A stretch of DNA of 64,000 nucleotides. Origin: Lama guanicoe. Lineage: Eukaryota. Made by a program: the position numbers and the translations under genes. Location: contig MU053482.1 of the NCBI GenBank assembly GCA_013239625.1, positions 2,953,168 to 3,017,167 on the forward strand, given 5' to 3'. Below, piece by piece: positions 29,542 through 44,617 of this stretch; the stretch's first letter is position 1; every line of letters starts with the position of its first letter. The notes under the pieces were generated by a model. That model was not told the DNA's origin. It saw only the letters and a list, made by a program, of their open reading frames with translations, and searched no databases.

Positions 29542-29871
<330 letters not shown>

Positions 29872-31788
29872 CTAGAAGACAAAGCAAAAAGTCCAAATCT
29901 ATCACTTCACACAAGCTTCAAAAACCATGAAAGCTGTTTTAATAACTCATCTATTAAATACCTATGTCTGTAAAAATGAAAATACATAAACAAAATAGAA
30001 TAATAACAACAAAATGAAACCTAGTCTTTTTTTCTCAAGTCCAACAGGACTTGAGTGGAACCATGTGACAAGGCCAAGGAAGCAGCAGCAAAACACAGAT
30101 GGATATACACTTCTCACTGCTAATATTTCACTGTGTTTATTTATCTCTATGGCTCTATCCCCTTCAATATGTTATTTATAACAAACTGTTGACCTGAAGT
30201 GCCTGTAAATACCCGGGTATGAATGCTCCAGTAGCACTTACTAATACTCTGATATGTTTCTTTTCTTCTGCTCTTTGGGAGGGAAGGATAGAATGACCAA
30301 AGTCACAAAAAATAGAACTAGATTTCCTTGTAAGTGTGGGAGTCAAACATTATCACTACATGGGTATACAGGTGTCCATGGGATTTTGAAGAGGGCCTTC
30401 CTAGTAGGCTAAAAAGTTAAACAGTAACAGTAACCCACATCTGCATAGCACTTTACAGCTTATGAAGAGCTGGTATATCTATAGCCTCACTTACATCTAA
30501 CCTGGGGATCCGAGAGAGACTTCTTTTGAACATAGGACACAGAAGCAGTGACATTTATTTGGTCTATTTATGCTTTTGAGATATACCAATGTCAGTATTA
30601 CATCTGCCTAAAAAACTATCAAATGCACTCCACCAGCCCAGTTATTTCTGACCATGACCGCAAACTAACAGTCTGTGGATCTGCTACAAGTTACCCTTTA
30701 TTCAAGTACACCAGTGTTGTGAAAGAAAAATCTGAGTTTTAAATCAAATTAAGCAAACAATTAAAACTAATTGTACGATAATAATTTGGAATATCAGATC
30801 GATGTCAGATAGTGCTATTTGTTTTCAAAGTTTCTATTCTTATTATACCCAATACGAGACCAATTTGTTTAAAATTACTTGAGACATAGAAGCATTTGAC
30901 TATTACTATGTAGTTTCTGTTAGGTATCTAGGTTCCTTTATCTTACACAATATAAGGCAAATTTAAAATGGAGGATGAGGGAAAGGAGTAGCAGCCCTGT
31001 ATTAGCCCAGCATGTAGAATTAAAAATTATTCTTAAAGTGAATCAACATTGATAATTAGCCTTTAGTGCTGCTTTTACGTCCAATTAATGAAGATAATAA
31101 CTTCTAACCTTTATTTACTATGTGTCAGGCACTCTTCATGCCTTTCACCTGTATTAGATAATAAAATCTTAAAATAATCACAGCTATTCACTTTACCAAT
31201 GTGGAAATAATGCACAGAGAGGTAAAAGTGAATTGCCCAAGACCAGACAGTTAGAGTATAACATTTCAAAATTTCAGAAAAATTTAGACTACTCTTTCAA
31301 GTTAAAAATAATTTTATTTAAAAATATTTTCTTGATATTTTTCTTAAATACATTTTATGTTGATAAATATATGGAAATACATAGAATATTCCTAAAAGAT
31401 TTATTCCTGGTATACTTCTGAGTATTTATTTTAGAGTCAATTAACTTTAATTTGACAATTCTTCAAGAAGTTAATTGTATAAAGACATATGCCTAGGTAT
31501 TTTAGGTTGGTTCTTTCTGTTCAGCTTCCTATAATTGTTTCCAGGTAATTCTTATTTATTAAAATATAAGGAAATAATTCCAGTGCTAAAGAGCTATATT
31601 AAGAAGTTATGATGGAAAAAAATAATTTCAGAAATCAATAGCTAAAAGATGTTCATCAGAGGGCTCCCTAAAGTAAACCCCAAATACAGTGGTAGGAAGT
31701 GGCTAGATTTCCTTTGGCCCTGGGAATACCTGAGTGAGCTTTTCTTGAAGCCAGGAACCCAGCCCCACACAGGTATCTTTCTTCTTTA

Positions 31789-32007
<219 letters not shown>

Positions 32008-32734
32008 TCATGACTGAGTCAGAGGGTTACAGGGGCCACAGTTAATCACAGATGTGATCAAAGGATGTATCTAAACAATATCGCATGGTAGTGTAAGCTT
32101 AGCAGTCAATAACTTACTCATTTCTAACCAGTAGCTTGGGGCTTGCTATAAAATCCTTCAGGGTCTCTGTCACTTTTCTTATTAAAATGGATATTTTAGC
32201 AACAGCTAAAAATCAAAGGTAGTCTAGAATTAGAGAATATATGAAAAAGAGTACTTAGCACTGTATGGTGTACATAGTATACACTAGAGCTGGCAGCTCT
32301 TATTACACTTAGGATATATAATAAAATCCATCACAACCTAAACATCAAACTCCAGATAATTTAAAATTTCTTCTATTTGGTTTTAGAGTACATTTGGTGA
32401 GGGTGCTAACTGAGATATCAGTGAGCCTACAGCTTGGCCTCACACACAGAATGAGGGCATATCATGAATTTGGGACCCAAGAGGATTTGCACTCTTTCTT
32501 CTGCTCACTCCAGCCCTTTACCTCCCTACCATAGCTGCTGCTCGGCTCACATACTCCCTAGCAGACTGTCCTGGACTTCAAGGGCATTTTCTGGTAACAA
32601 AATCTGGGCATGGGAAGGTAATCTCAAACCAAACCTTCCTTTCCAGGATTTCCTGCTGGACTTGAAATTAAAAGAAAATCTTATTCTGTGATTAACGAGA
32701 GAGGGAAAGAAAACTAACTTTGTAGTCATTTGAG

Positions 32735-32935
32735 ATATTTCATAAATATTTACATATCTCATTTAATGCTAAAAATCTTGTAAGATGCACATTATTATTT
32801 CCAATTTAATGAAGAGAAAACAGAAGTTCAAGGAGGTTTAAGTGATTGCCCAAGGTCATACAGCAATTACATAAGTGGTGGAACTGGGTTTCAAGACCAA
32901 AGTTTGGTTCCAAAGCCCCTGCTCTCTTTACTATG
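32735..32935 (-). mobile_element. MIR SINE
   Basis: gaagagaaaacagaagttcaaggaggtttaagtgattgcccaaggtcatacagc. Confidence 0.75.
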
Positions 32936-35439
32936 TCAGATTATCTTGCAAAGGCACTGAAAGCAAATCATAAGTTAAATGCTATTTAGTATAGCTGTCT
33001 GGTTTTTTTTTTTTTTTGCACTTCAGGATTTTGTTTCTCAAAGTAATACTCTGCTCTCAAAGTAATATTCTGATATAATTTTCATTAACACTGCATTTTA
33101 AGTTTTATGGATAATTTATAATTGCCAAATTTCAATTTATGATTTGAGTCACCTTTCCACAGCTGTTAACTCTCAGCTCTAAAAGTTAAAGACGTTTCAA
33201 AAAATTTTAAATCCATCATTTCTTAGCAAATAGCACACAACATTCTCATTAAACAGACAACTCTTTTGGTCCATTTTATTCTTTAGAATTGAGTTAATCT
33301 GTTTTCTATCAGTAGAATTAAAGTTCCTGATGGTGTAAGTTTTCTTTTGAAGCAATTTAATAGGTGAATTATCTTCTCCTAAGATATTGGACACTGAAGG
33401 TTATTATTAAGATTATATATGTAACCGTTATGTAGCAAAAGTTGGTTCATTTCTTATGGATGCAGAAGAGATATATAAGATACCTGGTAAAAAGCATATG
33501 CTCAATGTATACTATTTCCTTCTTGGTCTAGAGCAGACTAAATCTAGAACTGAAATAGGCACCATGTGTACCATGAAATATAGGTCTTATATAGATGCAA
33601 GTGGACTGGCTGTGATTTTGCCTATGACAGTCTCTGTATTTCTGCATCCACATGTAAGTCCCTTTCAAGACAGGCCTATGTACTGCCGCTGGGGTGATCA
33701 ACTATAACTCTTTTAGGTGGCTATAGCCATGAAGCAAAAATCAAGAGTTCCCCAGGGGAAGCTGCAAAAGGATCATTGTTGATCATAATGTCTGCTCATT
33801 TAAGACACAGCTACTACCTACCTATGGGAAATCAAGGACAAAACAAAATGTGTGCAGTTCTGTGAGTATGTAAGCAGAAACCACAGATACTGTGAATCAC
33901 AGGCTCCTTCTATTCTCTGCTTGAAGATGCTTGGGATGTGGGTTGCACATTTTTGGGGGCGGGGGGGCTCATAACCACTCTAAGGAATGACAATGACCTC
34001 AGTGGCAATGTGCAGGCCTATTATGAAAGAGATTTTAAAGGCATAAAATTTAAACAAGGTAAAAGTGTAATTCTCAACTGCTTTTCCCATAAGTAAAGTC
34101 AGAGGCAGACCATTCCTTATAAATGCAATATAACAAATAACAGATCTTAGAATTCTGGAGTTCTGAAACAAAATTAATATAAATGAGCTCAGAAAAACTC
34201 AGCTCTTAACAAATCCTATCAGTTTCTCACATAAAGTACTTTTAGGATCATCAACAGACCAAAAAAGTTATTATTAATTATAAATCTTATTACAACTTGA
34301 CAGAGCTCTATAGGAATTTGAGAGTATAATGACGCCCCAACTTTATCTTTCAGCATTTTTCTTACTGATGCTATGTATTCATTTTCCTTGGCACGTATCA
34401 GTTATTATCTTCCTGTTTATTCACAAACTAAAAGTGACTATGCAAAAACTACCATAAATCTTCTCAATAGAAGTGGACTGCATACGTCCCAAGACAGAAA
34501 AATGGTATAAAACAGACAGACAGTGGCCCAAACAGTCAGAATCCACAGCTTGTTTATTAGGTGAGACTGATTAGCAGGGTGAAGTGATTTTAGGAGAACA
34601 CTTTTTGGTGGCAAGAGAATCACAAATAGCTATGGCATCTGATAAATGCATAAGAAATTAATCGCCAAATACTTAAAATATTATTATTTTTCCAAACATG
34701 AAATTTGCCTCTTTTCTTTGTGGTTTCCTGCTATGTCTTCTCAGTGCAAGTGAAGGACACTGTGTCCTTTGCTGTAAAGATGAGGCCACTGCACTGATGG
34801 GCAGGTGTGTTCTTAGGACCAGCAGAGGGCAGTGGCACTTTATTCTGCCTAGATTCATGAGGGCTTTTTTAAAAATAGGAATTATAAAAATGGAGCTCTG
34901 TAGTCTGACTGGGCTAGAAAGTTGGGTCTAAGTTGAACACTGCATGTCCTCACTGTGCATTTGAGACACCCTACAAAGAAAATGGATTTGCCCAAGGTCA
35001 CACAGCAAGATGGGTAGAAGAGAAGGGAATAGAGAGAAGGTTTTCCATTATTCTATGACATTCTGTAAGATACAAAATATAAGATACTTCACAAAATAAA
35101 ACTATAATTATCTAAAGAAAGATGCAATGAGACTGTTCAGGTGTTCAGATTCGTTATATCCTGTGATAGTAACAGTAGTTTTAGTAAACAAAGAAAATAA
35201 GCACCTGTGGCTAAAACTAACTCATGATTCTAATCACTTATTTGGTTGGAAAAGACCTTCCCAAGACGGCTTCTCAAATTTGCCCAAACGCCACCTTTAT
35301 GACCTCCTACTCTTTATACAGGGTAGGTTTTTTTTCTGGGGGTAGGTTTTCAAACTTTATATAAATGGTACTGCACTGTGATTTATTGAGCAACTTGGTT
35401 TTTCACATATTATGTTACTAGGCTTATTAAGGTAATAAT

Positions 35440-35690
35440 AAATAATTATTATCATAACTAATTTGTACTGATCTCTCACTACGTATATTTATCAACTTAT
35501 TTAGTCCTTAACAGCAAACTTATGATGCATTGAGATAAGTACTTATTATTACCCTTGTTTTAAAGGTGAAGAAACTGAGGCACAGCGAAGTAACTTGTCC
35601 AAGGGAATATTGCCAGGAAACAGCAAAACCAGAGCTGGGATTCAAACCCAGGCAGTTTAGCTACAGAATTGAATTTCTTAATCATTACAC
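35440..35690 (-). mobile_element. MIR SINE nested among old L1 fragments
   Basis: ggtgaagaaactgaggcacagcgaagtaacttgtccaagg...gggattcaaacccaggcag. Confidence 0.8.
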
Positions 35691-37679
35691 AGTTTAATTA
35701 TTGTATAGAATTCCATTGTATGAATATAAAGCATATCCTTGTTCCTGTTAATGGATATTTGTATTATTTCCAACTTTAAGCTATTATAAACAATGATTCA
35801 TGTCAACTGTCAACTTTGATTGTTAGTTTCAGTACTATTTAATAGTGCCTAGAGGAAATATTCCCATTGTTATCCGTAACAATAAACATTTTGGGGTTAC
35901 TGTACATTGGTTATTTTTCTAATGAGAAATTATTTCACATAGACTTTTTACAAATCCACTATTTGAAAAAAATAATAATTCTTCAATATCAAATAGTCAG
36001 TGTTTAAAATTGTAATTATCTTATAAATGTTAAAAAAAGCTTTTCTTTGCCAAAAATTTTTTTAAAACAAGGGGAAAAAACAATTGGTCTGTTTGACTCA
36101 GTAAGGACTCAAATAAGGCCCATATATTACATTAGTTTATATATCTCTGAGGTTAATTTTAATCTGTCTGTCTGACTCTCTTTCCCCCCACCATTTGCAA
36201 TCTATTTGTTGAAGAAATTGGATCATTCATTTGAGTTTCCATCAGTCTGGTGGTTGCTGATTGCATCCCAATGTTCTCATGTGACATATTCTTTTGTCTT
36301 CTGGATTTCCTGCATATTGGACATTCAATCTAGAAGCTTAATCAAATTCTAGAAGCTGGTCAAGTTTGGCAGGAATACTGCATGTACCATAAGAGGCAAA
36401 TCTAGTTGCCTCTCCTTTTGTGCTGTTAAAAGCCACTGGTAGCCAATGCCTAGATTCATTAATTAGGAGTAATAAAATACTGATATTCTCATTCTAGCAT
36501 TATGTCTTCACTTATTAGCTAAAATATTTCTATAAAGAGAAATTTCTCTTCATCAACTGTTTGGAGACCCAAACATATTGTCTATATTAGAAAGCAGGAT
36601 AAATACATGATTTTATCCCTTCATTTATCAGTTTTTTAAAACAATGAATTGTTTTTCTAGCATCCATTATACATGATCAATTGTTTTTATTTTTATTCAT
36701 ATTTTTAGGAACTCAGATTTTTAAACATCTTTAATTTAACTATTCTTAAACCTGTTTACAAACAAGCCCCCCAAAATCTATCCATAAGTGTTTACTGGAA
36801 ATTTGTGTTTTTTATGAACTCAATACCAGGCACTATGAGATCCCTGTCTACAAAGTGCCTAGAATCTACATGCAGAGATAAGAACTCCACATGTGGAGCC
36901 TAATAATGTTCACAGCAGCACTGTAAAGGGAGGATAAAGGGCCTGACTGGGAGAACATAATCAGCAAAAAGACTAGCAGATACGTAAAGGTGTAAGTGCA
37001 AAAGGAGCAACAGAAGAAAGGCATCAGAGTCCTGGCACAGGAAATGGAGGAATTTGGTGAGTAATACTTTTCACTACGTGCACTTGTAAATAGCCCCAAA
37101 GCTCAACAAAAATGTTTCTCATATCATTATCTTTAATAGCTATACCCCCTCCAAAGTTAGCAATTTTAATGTTTAACTAATTGAGAAAAAAGGTTAAGTA
37201 AATAATGGTACATTATCAACACAAAAGAATATTATGCTGCCATTAAAGTGGTTAACATGATAATGTGCTTATGAATTAAGTGCTTTCCTATATTTCAGAA
37301 AAACAAGTCAATTATGCCATGATTGTGTGTGCAAATTCACAAAGACTGGGAGGAAAAAGGAAAATGAAAATGAAGTAAAGGTAATAGAATTTTGAACAAT
37401 TTATTTTCCTTCTTCAAAAATAACTTTGAGATCTTTTTATTAAATGTGGCAGAATGAATATTCTTTTGGTCCCTGTACCCCACTGAAATGACTGCAAAGG
37501 AAAAAAGTGTTAAAAACATACAAGAACAAAGAGAATGAGAAAGGAGACAACACTAGATCAGAGATGTTAATAAATTTTTAGAAGTCATAAAATAGGTTTA
37601 TAAACAGTAACAAATTTTGAAGATCACTTAAAGCCGAAACCCCCTACTACTTGGAGAAGGAAAGCCCTTTACGTAGTTT

Positions 37680-38245
37680 TTTTAAAAGAGTAAAATTTAT
37701 GGTATATGAATACATCTCAATAAAAGATGGAAACAACCCAAATGTATATTAAGTGATGAATAAAATGTGGTGTACACTTAAAATGTAATATGTGGCAATA
37801 AAAAGATATGAGGTACTGATACATGCTATACCATGGATGAACCCTGAAAACATTATGCTAAGTGAAAGAAGCCAGTCATGGAAGTTCACATATTGTGTGG
37901 GTTCATTCATATGAAACATCCAGAACAGGCAAATCTGTAGAGACAGAAATTAGATTAGTTGTGGGCTAGGGCTCAGGGGGTAGGGCAAATCGGTAGAGAC
38001 AGCTAATGGGTAAGGTGTTTTTGCAATAATAAAAATGTTTTAAAATTGTGGTGAAATAAAATATACTAAAATCCACTGAAATGTATACTTTAAATGAGTG
38101 AACTGTTAGGCCATATGAATTATATCTCAGTAAAACATTTATGAAAGGCTGCTGACAAGAGAAACTGGTGAGGACACACAGAAACTATGTGTATTATCTT
38201 TGCAACTTTTGGTAAATGTCAAAATACTCTAAAAGTTTACTTTAA
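37680..38245 (+). mobile_element. Stacked L1M 3'-end fragments
   Basis: ggaaacaacccaaatgt...gaaaacattatgctaagtgaaagaagccagtca...gaattatatctcagtaaa. Confidence 0.8.
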
Positions 38246-39671
38246 AAAAGGATGGAAAAATATACAGTATGCTGACACTAGTCAAAAGGAAGCTGGAGTG
38301 GCTATGATAATAGAAGATAATTCCAAAGCAAAAATATTGCCACAGATAAAGAAGGTCATTTTATAAGGTAAAGGGTCAATTAATCAAGACGACACAAAAC
38401 TCCAAAGTATTTATGTATCAAATAAGAGAACATCAAAATACATGAATGAAATCAGATAGAAATGCAAGGAGAAATAAATACATAATTATAGTTGGAGATT
38501 TCAGTACCTCTCTCTAAGTAATTAATAGGACTATAGTAGAAAATCAGCAAGTATGCAATAGACTTGAATAACACTATCAACTAACTTAATCTAATTGACA
38601 TTGATAGCACAACAGCAAAATACCTATGCTTTTCAAGTGCATACAAAACATTTACCAAGAAAACCTGCTTTCTAGTAATAGGTCCTATAATATTTAAAGG
38701 GATTCAAGTCATACAAAGCATATTCTCTAATCAAAATGAAATTAAATTAGAAATAAATAGTAGATAGGTATTTAGAAAAATCTCCAAATATTTGGCAACT
38801 AAATAACTCACAGATTAAAGAAGAAATAAAAGGGGAATTAGAAAATACTTTGTACTAAATGAAAATGAACACATAACATATCAGAATTTGTGAGATGCCA
38901 CTAAAGCAATAATTTGGGGGAGATTCATAGAAATAAATGCTTATATCAGAAGAGAAGAATGGTTTCAAATCAATGACCTTAGCTTACCCTTACAGAAATC
39001 AGAAAAGAAAAAAATTAAAATTTAAACAAATAGAAGGTAATTAATAAAGATTAAAGCAGTAATCAATGAAACAGAAAGCAGAAAAATAATAAAGAAGACC
39101 AATGAGACCAAAAACTGGTTCTTTGGGAAGATGATAAAATTGATAAATCTCTAGTCAGACTGATAAGGAAAAAAAGACAAAATCACCATCATCAAGAATG
39201 AGAGGTAACATTATTAGAAATTCTATAAACATTAAAATGATCATAAATAGTATCACGAATAACTTTATATCAACAATATTGACAACTTATATGAAATGGA
39301 CAAATTCCTTGAAAGATACAAACTATCAAACTTCAGTCAAGAGGAAAACAGATAACCTGAATAGTCCTATATCTATTATAGAAATTGAAATTGGAGCAAA
39401 AAATCTTTCCACAAAGAAAACTCCCGACATATGGCTCTACTAAGAATTCTACCAAACATTTAAGAAAGAACTAATACCTTTTCAATACAAACTCTTCCAA
39501 ATAACTAAAGAGGAGGAAATAATTTCCAATTCATTCTATGAGGCCAGTGTTACACTGATAACAAAACCAGAAAACATTACAAAAATAAACCAATATGCTT
39601 CATGGACATAGATGCAAAAAACTTTAAACAAAACTTTGGCAAATCAAATCTAGCATGTTAAAAGAACAATA

Positions 39672-39877
39672 TATGACTCTTGAACAACAAAGGTCTGAAC
39701 TGCAATTATATGTGGACTTTTTTCACTAAATACATACTACAGTACTACGTAATCTGTGGTTGACTGAATCTGAAGATGTGGAACCTTGGATACAGAGGGC
39801 CACTGTAAAGTGGCTTTATAGTTTTTCAACTGTGAGGAGGGTTAGTGCCTAAACCCTCTACTGTTCAAGGGTCAATA
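39672..39877 (+). mobile_element. Tigger2a/MER8-like MITE inside L1
   Basis: TIRs gactcttgaacaac / ctgttcaagggtcaa. Confidence 0.75.
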
Positions 39878-40376
39878 GAACATTATGACCAAGTGAGGTT
39901 TATCCTAGGAATGCTGGGTGGGTTTAATATTCAGAATCAATCAGTGCAATTCACCATAATAAACAGAGAAAGAAAAAACACAACTATTTCATTAAATGCA
40001 AAAAAGAACTTGACAAAATGCTTGATGAAAACTCTTCGCATGTAGAAACAGAAGAAAATTTCCCCAATCTGATAAAGTATCTACAAAAAACCTACAGCTG
40101 TACATTATACTTAGTAATGAAAGACTGAATGCCTTCCCTCTAAGATCACGAAGCATGCAGGGATATCTGCTTAGCATTGTACTCGATGTTCTAGCTAGTG
40201 AAATAAAGCAAGAAAAAGAAATAAAAGGCATCCAGATTGGAAAGGAAGAAGTAAAAAGTCTTTATTTGTAGATAATATCATTGTCTATGTAGAAAATCTG
40301 CAAGAATCTACAAAAAAGCTACTTGTTAAATAAGTGAGTTAAACAAGGTTGCAGGGTACTTGATCAATACATTGTA

Positions 40377-40592
40377 CAGCAGATCCTTGAACAACATGGG
40401 TTCAAACTGTGTGGGTCTACTTATAAGAATTTTTCTCACTAAATTTGTACTTCAGTACTACATGATCTGCATCTGGTTGAAACCGCAAACGCAGCATCAC
40501 AGAAACACAGGGTTGACTGTAAAGTTAAATGTGGATTTTTGACTGCATCAAAGTGGTGCCCCTAACCTCCCATGCTGATCAAGGGTCAACTA
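40377..40592 (+). mobile_element. Tigger2a/MER8-like MITE inside L1
   Basis: TIRs cagcagatccttgaacaac / gatcaagggtcaacta with TA on both flanks. Confidence 0.8.
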
Positions 40593-43261
40593 TAATACTA
40601 TGGACTAGCAATGAACACTGAAACAATAAAATCAAAACCATTTATAATAGTGTAAAAAACAAAATATTTTAGGTGTTAAACCTGAAAAAATGTGTTAAAA
40701 ACCTGGATACTGAAAACTACAAAAGCTGAGATAAGCTAAGGGAGACCTAAATAAATGAAGGGATTGATCTCAGTCATAGATAGGAAAATTCAGTACTGCT
40801 GCAATGTCAGTTCCTCCAAATTTATCTAATACAATCCCAATCCAAATCCCAGGAGGCTTTTTTCTCTATAGAAGTGGAAAAACTAATTCTAAAATTCATA
40901 TGGAAATTCAAAGGTCCTAGAATAGCCAAAACAACTCCGAAAAAGAACAAAACTGGAGGACTAACAATATTTGATTTTTTAACTTTTATTATAAAGCTAT
41001 GGGGTTAAGAGAGAGAAATATATTGATCAATGGAACAAAACAGAATCCAGAAACAGATGCCCCTACATATATGGACAGCTGATTTTAGACAAAGGTGCAC
41101 TGGCAATTAATTAGAGAAAGAATAATCTTTGCAACAAATGGTGTCATAACAATTGGATCTTTGATCATATCTACTACCATACAAAGATATTAACTCAAAA
41201 GGAATCACAGACTTATATGTAAAACCTAATACCATAAAACTTCTAGAAGAAAATATAGCAAAACAATTTTTGTGGCCTTGGGCTAGACAAAGATTTCATA
41301 GATTGGACACCTGGATTTTAAGACACTGTTAAGAGAATAAAAAGACAAGTCACAGACTAAGAAAAAATATTTGCAAATCATATACCCACTACGGACTTAT
41401 ATCCAGAATATGTAAAGAACTCTCAAAACTCAACAACGAGAAAACAAACAATCCAGCTTTAAAAGATAGGTAAGATACCTGAACAGAAACTTTACCAAAG
41501 ATGATATACAGAAGCCAAATAAGCAAATGAACAGACTGTCAATATTATTAATAATTAGGGAAATGCAAATAAAAATCACAATGAGACATCACTACACATT
41601 TATCAGGATGGCTAAAATTAAAAGAATTGACATTAGCATGTGGAGGAACTAGAACTCTCATTTGCTGCTGAAAGGAATATAAATGCTAGCACTTTGGGAA
41701 AAAGTCTGGGCATTTCTTAAAAAATTAAATATACATCTACCATATGATTCAGCCACTCAGTTCTTAAGTATTTACCCAAGAAAAAAATGAAATGTCTATA
41801 CAAAGACTTGTTTAGAACTATTCATAGTAGCTTTATTTGTAATGGCCTAAATCTGGAAACAACTCAAGTATTCACCAACTAGGTTAATGGATTAACAAAT
41901 TGTGTGTGTGTGTGTTTTTTTTAACAATGAAGTACCACTCAGCTATAAAAATGAATAAACTGTTGATACATGCAACAACACAGATGAATCTCAAGATAAT
42001 TATGCTGAATGAGTAAGTTAGATAAAAAAGATATACTATATAATGTGTATACTACATTTATATATAACTATAGAATATGCAAACTCTATAGTGACAGAAA
42101 GTTAATCAGCAGTTTCCTGGGGATGGGGGTGAAGGTTAGATGAGATGGAGAGATTACAATGGAACATGAGGAAACTTTTGGGGGTAATGAATATATTCAC
42201 TATATTGACTGCGGTAATGGTTCCATGGGGGTATGTGTGTGTATGTGTGTGTTTGACAAAACTTATCAAATCAAACTGTACAGTTTATGTATACTTTAAT
42301 TTATGTTGATTATACCTTAATAAAGCAACTAAAAAAAACTTAGTAAATGTACAAAAAGTTTTAAACATTTCATTGTATATAAATTTTACCTCAAAAGAAG
42401 AAAATGTAACCAAACTCGAGTTACAATTCTAACTACAAACTTCAGTAAATAATGTACATGATGAAGCACTGGAATTATATGTTGAGTATACTTTGTTCTG
42501 AAATACATCAATATATTGATAGATGCTTTGATAGACGGACTGGTAGATGAATAGGTATATATAAATAAAGGACAGAAAAATGTTAACAGTAAACTCTAGA
42601 TGGCAGATTTATGGTTGTCCACTGTAAATTAATAATTTTTTTCTCTGTTTGAAAATTTCATACTAAAATATTGGAGAAAAATAGAGTACTAGTCTAGGAG
42701 TTAGTATCCAACAAGTAGTAGTAGTTCTAGAAAGAGAAACAGAAAAAATTGAGATGATAAAATAAACAAACAAACAAAAGGGCATGGATTTTCAAATTGA
42801 AAGAGCCATCTCATGCCTAGCACACTGAATCAAAAAGGAACCACATTAAGGTATATTACTATGAACACTTAATCCTTAAAGGAGAACACTGTAGAGTAGC
42901 ACGAGGGAAAAATGGGCCACATAAAAAGGATTACAAATCACAGGCCCAGGGCTCTTTAACATGCGTAGGGTATTGTGTGGAAAGGAAGGAGGGAGGGGAT
43001 TCATAAGTGAGAATATGTAGTGGTGGTATGGTGATGAAATTAAGAGATCTAAATTTTCACATTCTAAGTCAACTGATAGTATCTAGCATTGTAAAATTAA
43101 GAAATAGCAGTAAAAGCATGTTAGTTAGAAACTCTAAGCCAAAAAGCAAAAGAAACACCTGAACAACTGAACATAGCTGTCTCTGGAAAGTAGATCTTGG
43201 AAGTAAGGCAGGGACCTTTGTTTCTTGTTATAAACCACATAATCTATGTATTTCTGAATTT

Positions 43262-43314
43262 TATATATATATATATATATACACACATATATATACACAC
43301 ACACACATATATAT
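43262..43314. repeat. (TA)n/(CA)n compound microsatellite
   Basis: Read directly from sequence. Confidence 0.9.
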
Positions 43315-44617
43315 AAAACTTTGAAAAGTCTTAAACTAGAAAACACTTTAAATCATGGTTATTATATAGAGAATAAAATTAAATAGAAAATAATCTTCAT
43401 TAGTTGCCTCTCAGAGAATGTTCTTTTGAAATTTGTTTTCTAAATATGTAAATTGAGATTAGGAAAAGAAATATGTTTAGAGTAAGTTAGTGGATGGGTC
43501 AACTCCTATTATAATAATCTTAAAGTAGATGCTAAAGTTCTTTCATCATTCTTACAAAATATGTGGGCCCTTGAAATAAATCTCTATTATGTTATGTAGA
43601 GTTTTTACTGTCTACCAACCACAGCTACAGTATTTACCCCTAGTACTTGACAGATTTCAGAAAAATGACAAATTCAAACTCCAAACTTGCCAGAGTATGT
43701 CTCAGGCTCAGCTAAGATTCAGCAGTTTATTGAAACTTTACTTCCAGAATCTCTATTCTTAGGTAAGAATTATATTTTAAATAATAAACTCAACATCCTA
43801 GAAAACCCCAAAATTAAAAGTTTAGCCAATTGTGCTTATTTTACTGTATTGATCAAAGCAGCAAAGTGGTCCAAAATAAGATTTTCAATTATGTGACTTG
43901 ACATGAAATGTTTAAGGTTTTCATCCCAGGTTAATTAGAAAAAAAAATTAACCAGGATACTGTAACATTCTGCTGGGTATTAAAATTCTTTGATTTGGCC
44001 TCAATCTATTATGCAATCTCTAATGCATCTTTGTCAGTAGGATCTATTTCTATAAAGATACCCATTAACTGAAGTCTGATTCACAAGGCACCATTCCCTT
44101 GGCTTTTACTGTTCAGAGTAGATGATCTATACTGTTTCTTTCTCTTTGTTCATTAGTAGGTACAAAATTCGTCCTGGAGCAAAGGCAACCTTCTAAGCAA
44201 ACAGATCTAGAGTGAGAGAGCTGCACTTTCATAACAAGGCAATGGTGTAACAAGTGAGGGTGGAAGAGGCACTGGCAACTATTGGTTCCAAAGCCCAAGC
44301 CCTACTGGCTTGGCAAATTCCAGAGCTGGAGTGACAAAGACAAACGTTTGCCCAAAATAGCACACGTTCTAAAGTAACTCATTCATCCACTGATGAAACT
44401 GAATAGTGTTCCTAGATAAAAATAATAGATTAGCTACTCTGAAAATGGCTTTAGTGATGCTAATGATTCTTAGCATGTTATCAGATATGAAAGGAAAATC
44501 TCCTTTCTAGGTCTTGGGGACTCTTTTCAGTGACCTGAAGCAAACACTAAAAAGTAATTTTTATAGTGTGCCACGAAGGTCTGAAGAGATATGAATTAGT
44601 GCAGTATACAACTATTG

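Larger units (their letters stand above)
38250..42340 (+). mobile_element. Old L1 with ~4 kb of decayed ORF2 (EN, RT, C-terminus) and 3'UTR
   Basis: A-rich; motifs ataattatagttggagatttcag (EN), attctatgaggccagtgttacactgata, tttgtagataat (FADD-like), aaaacttctagaagaaaata; many stops. Confidence 0.9.

Noticed and set aside
33035..33072. 19-bp tandem duplication tctcaaagtaata(c/t)tctg
   Set aside because: Two copies only; ordinary slippage event
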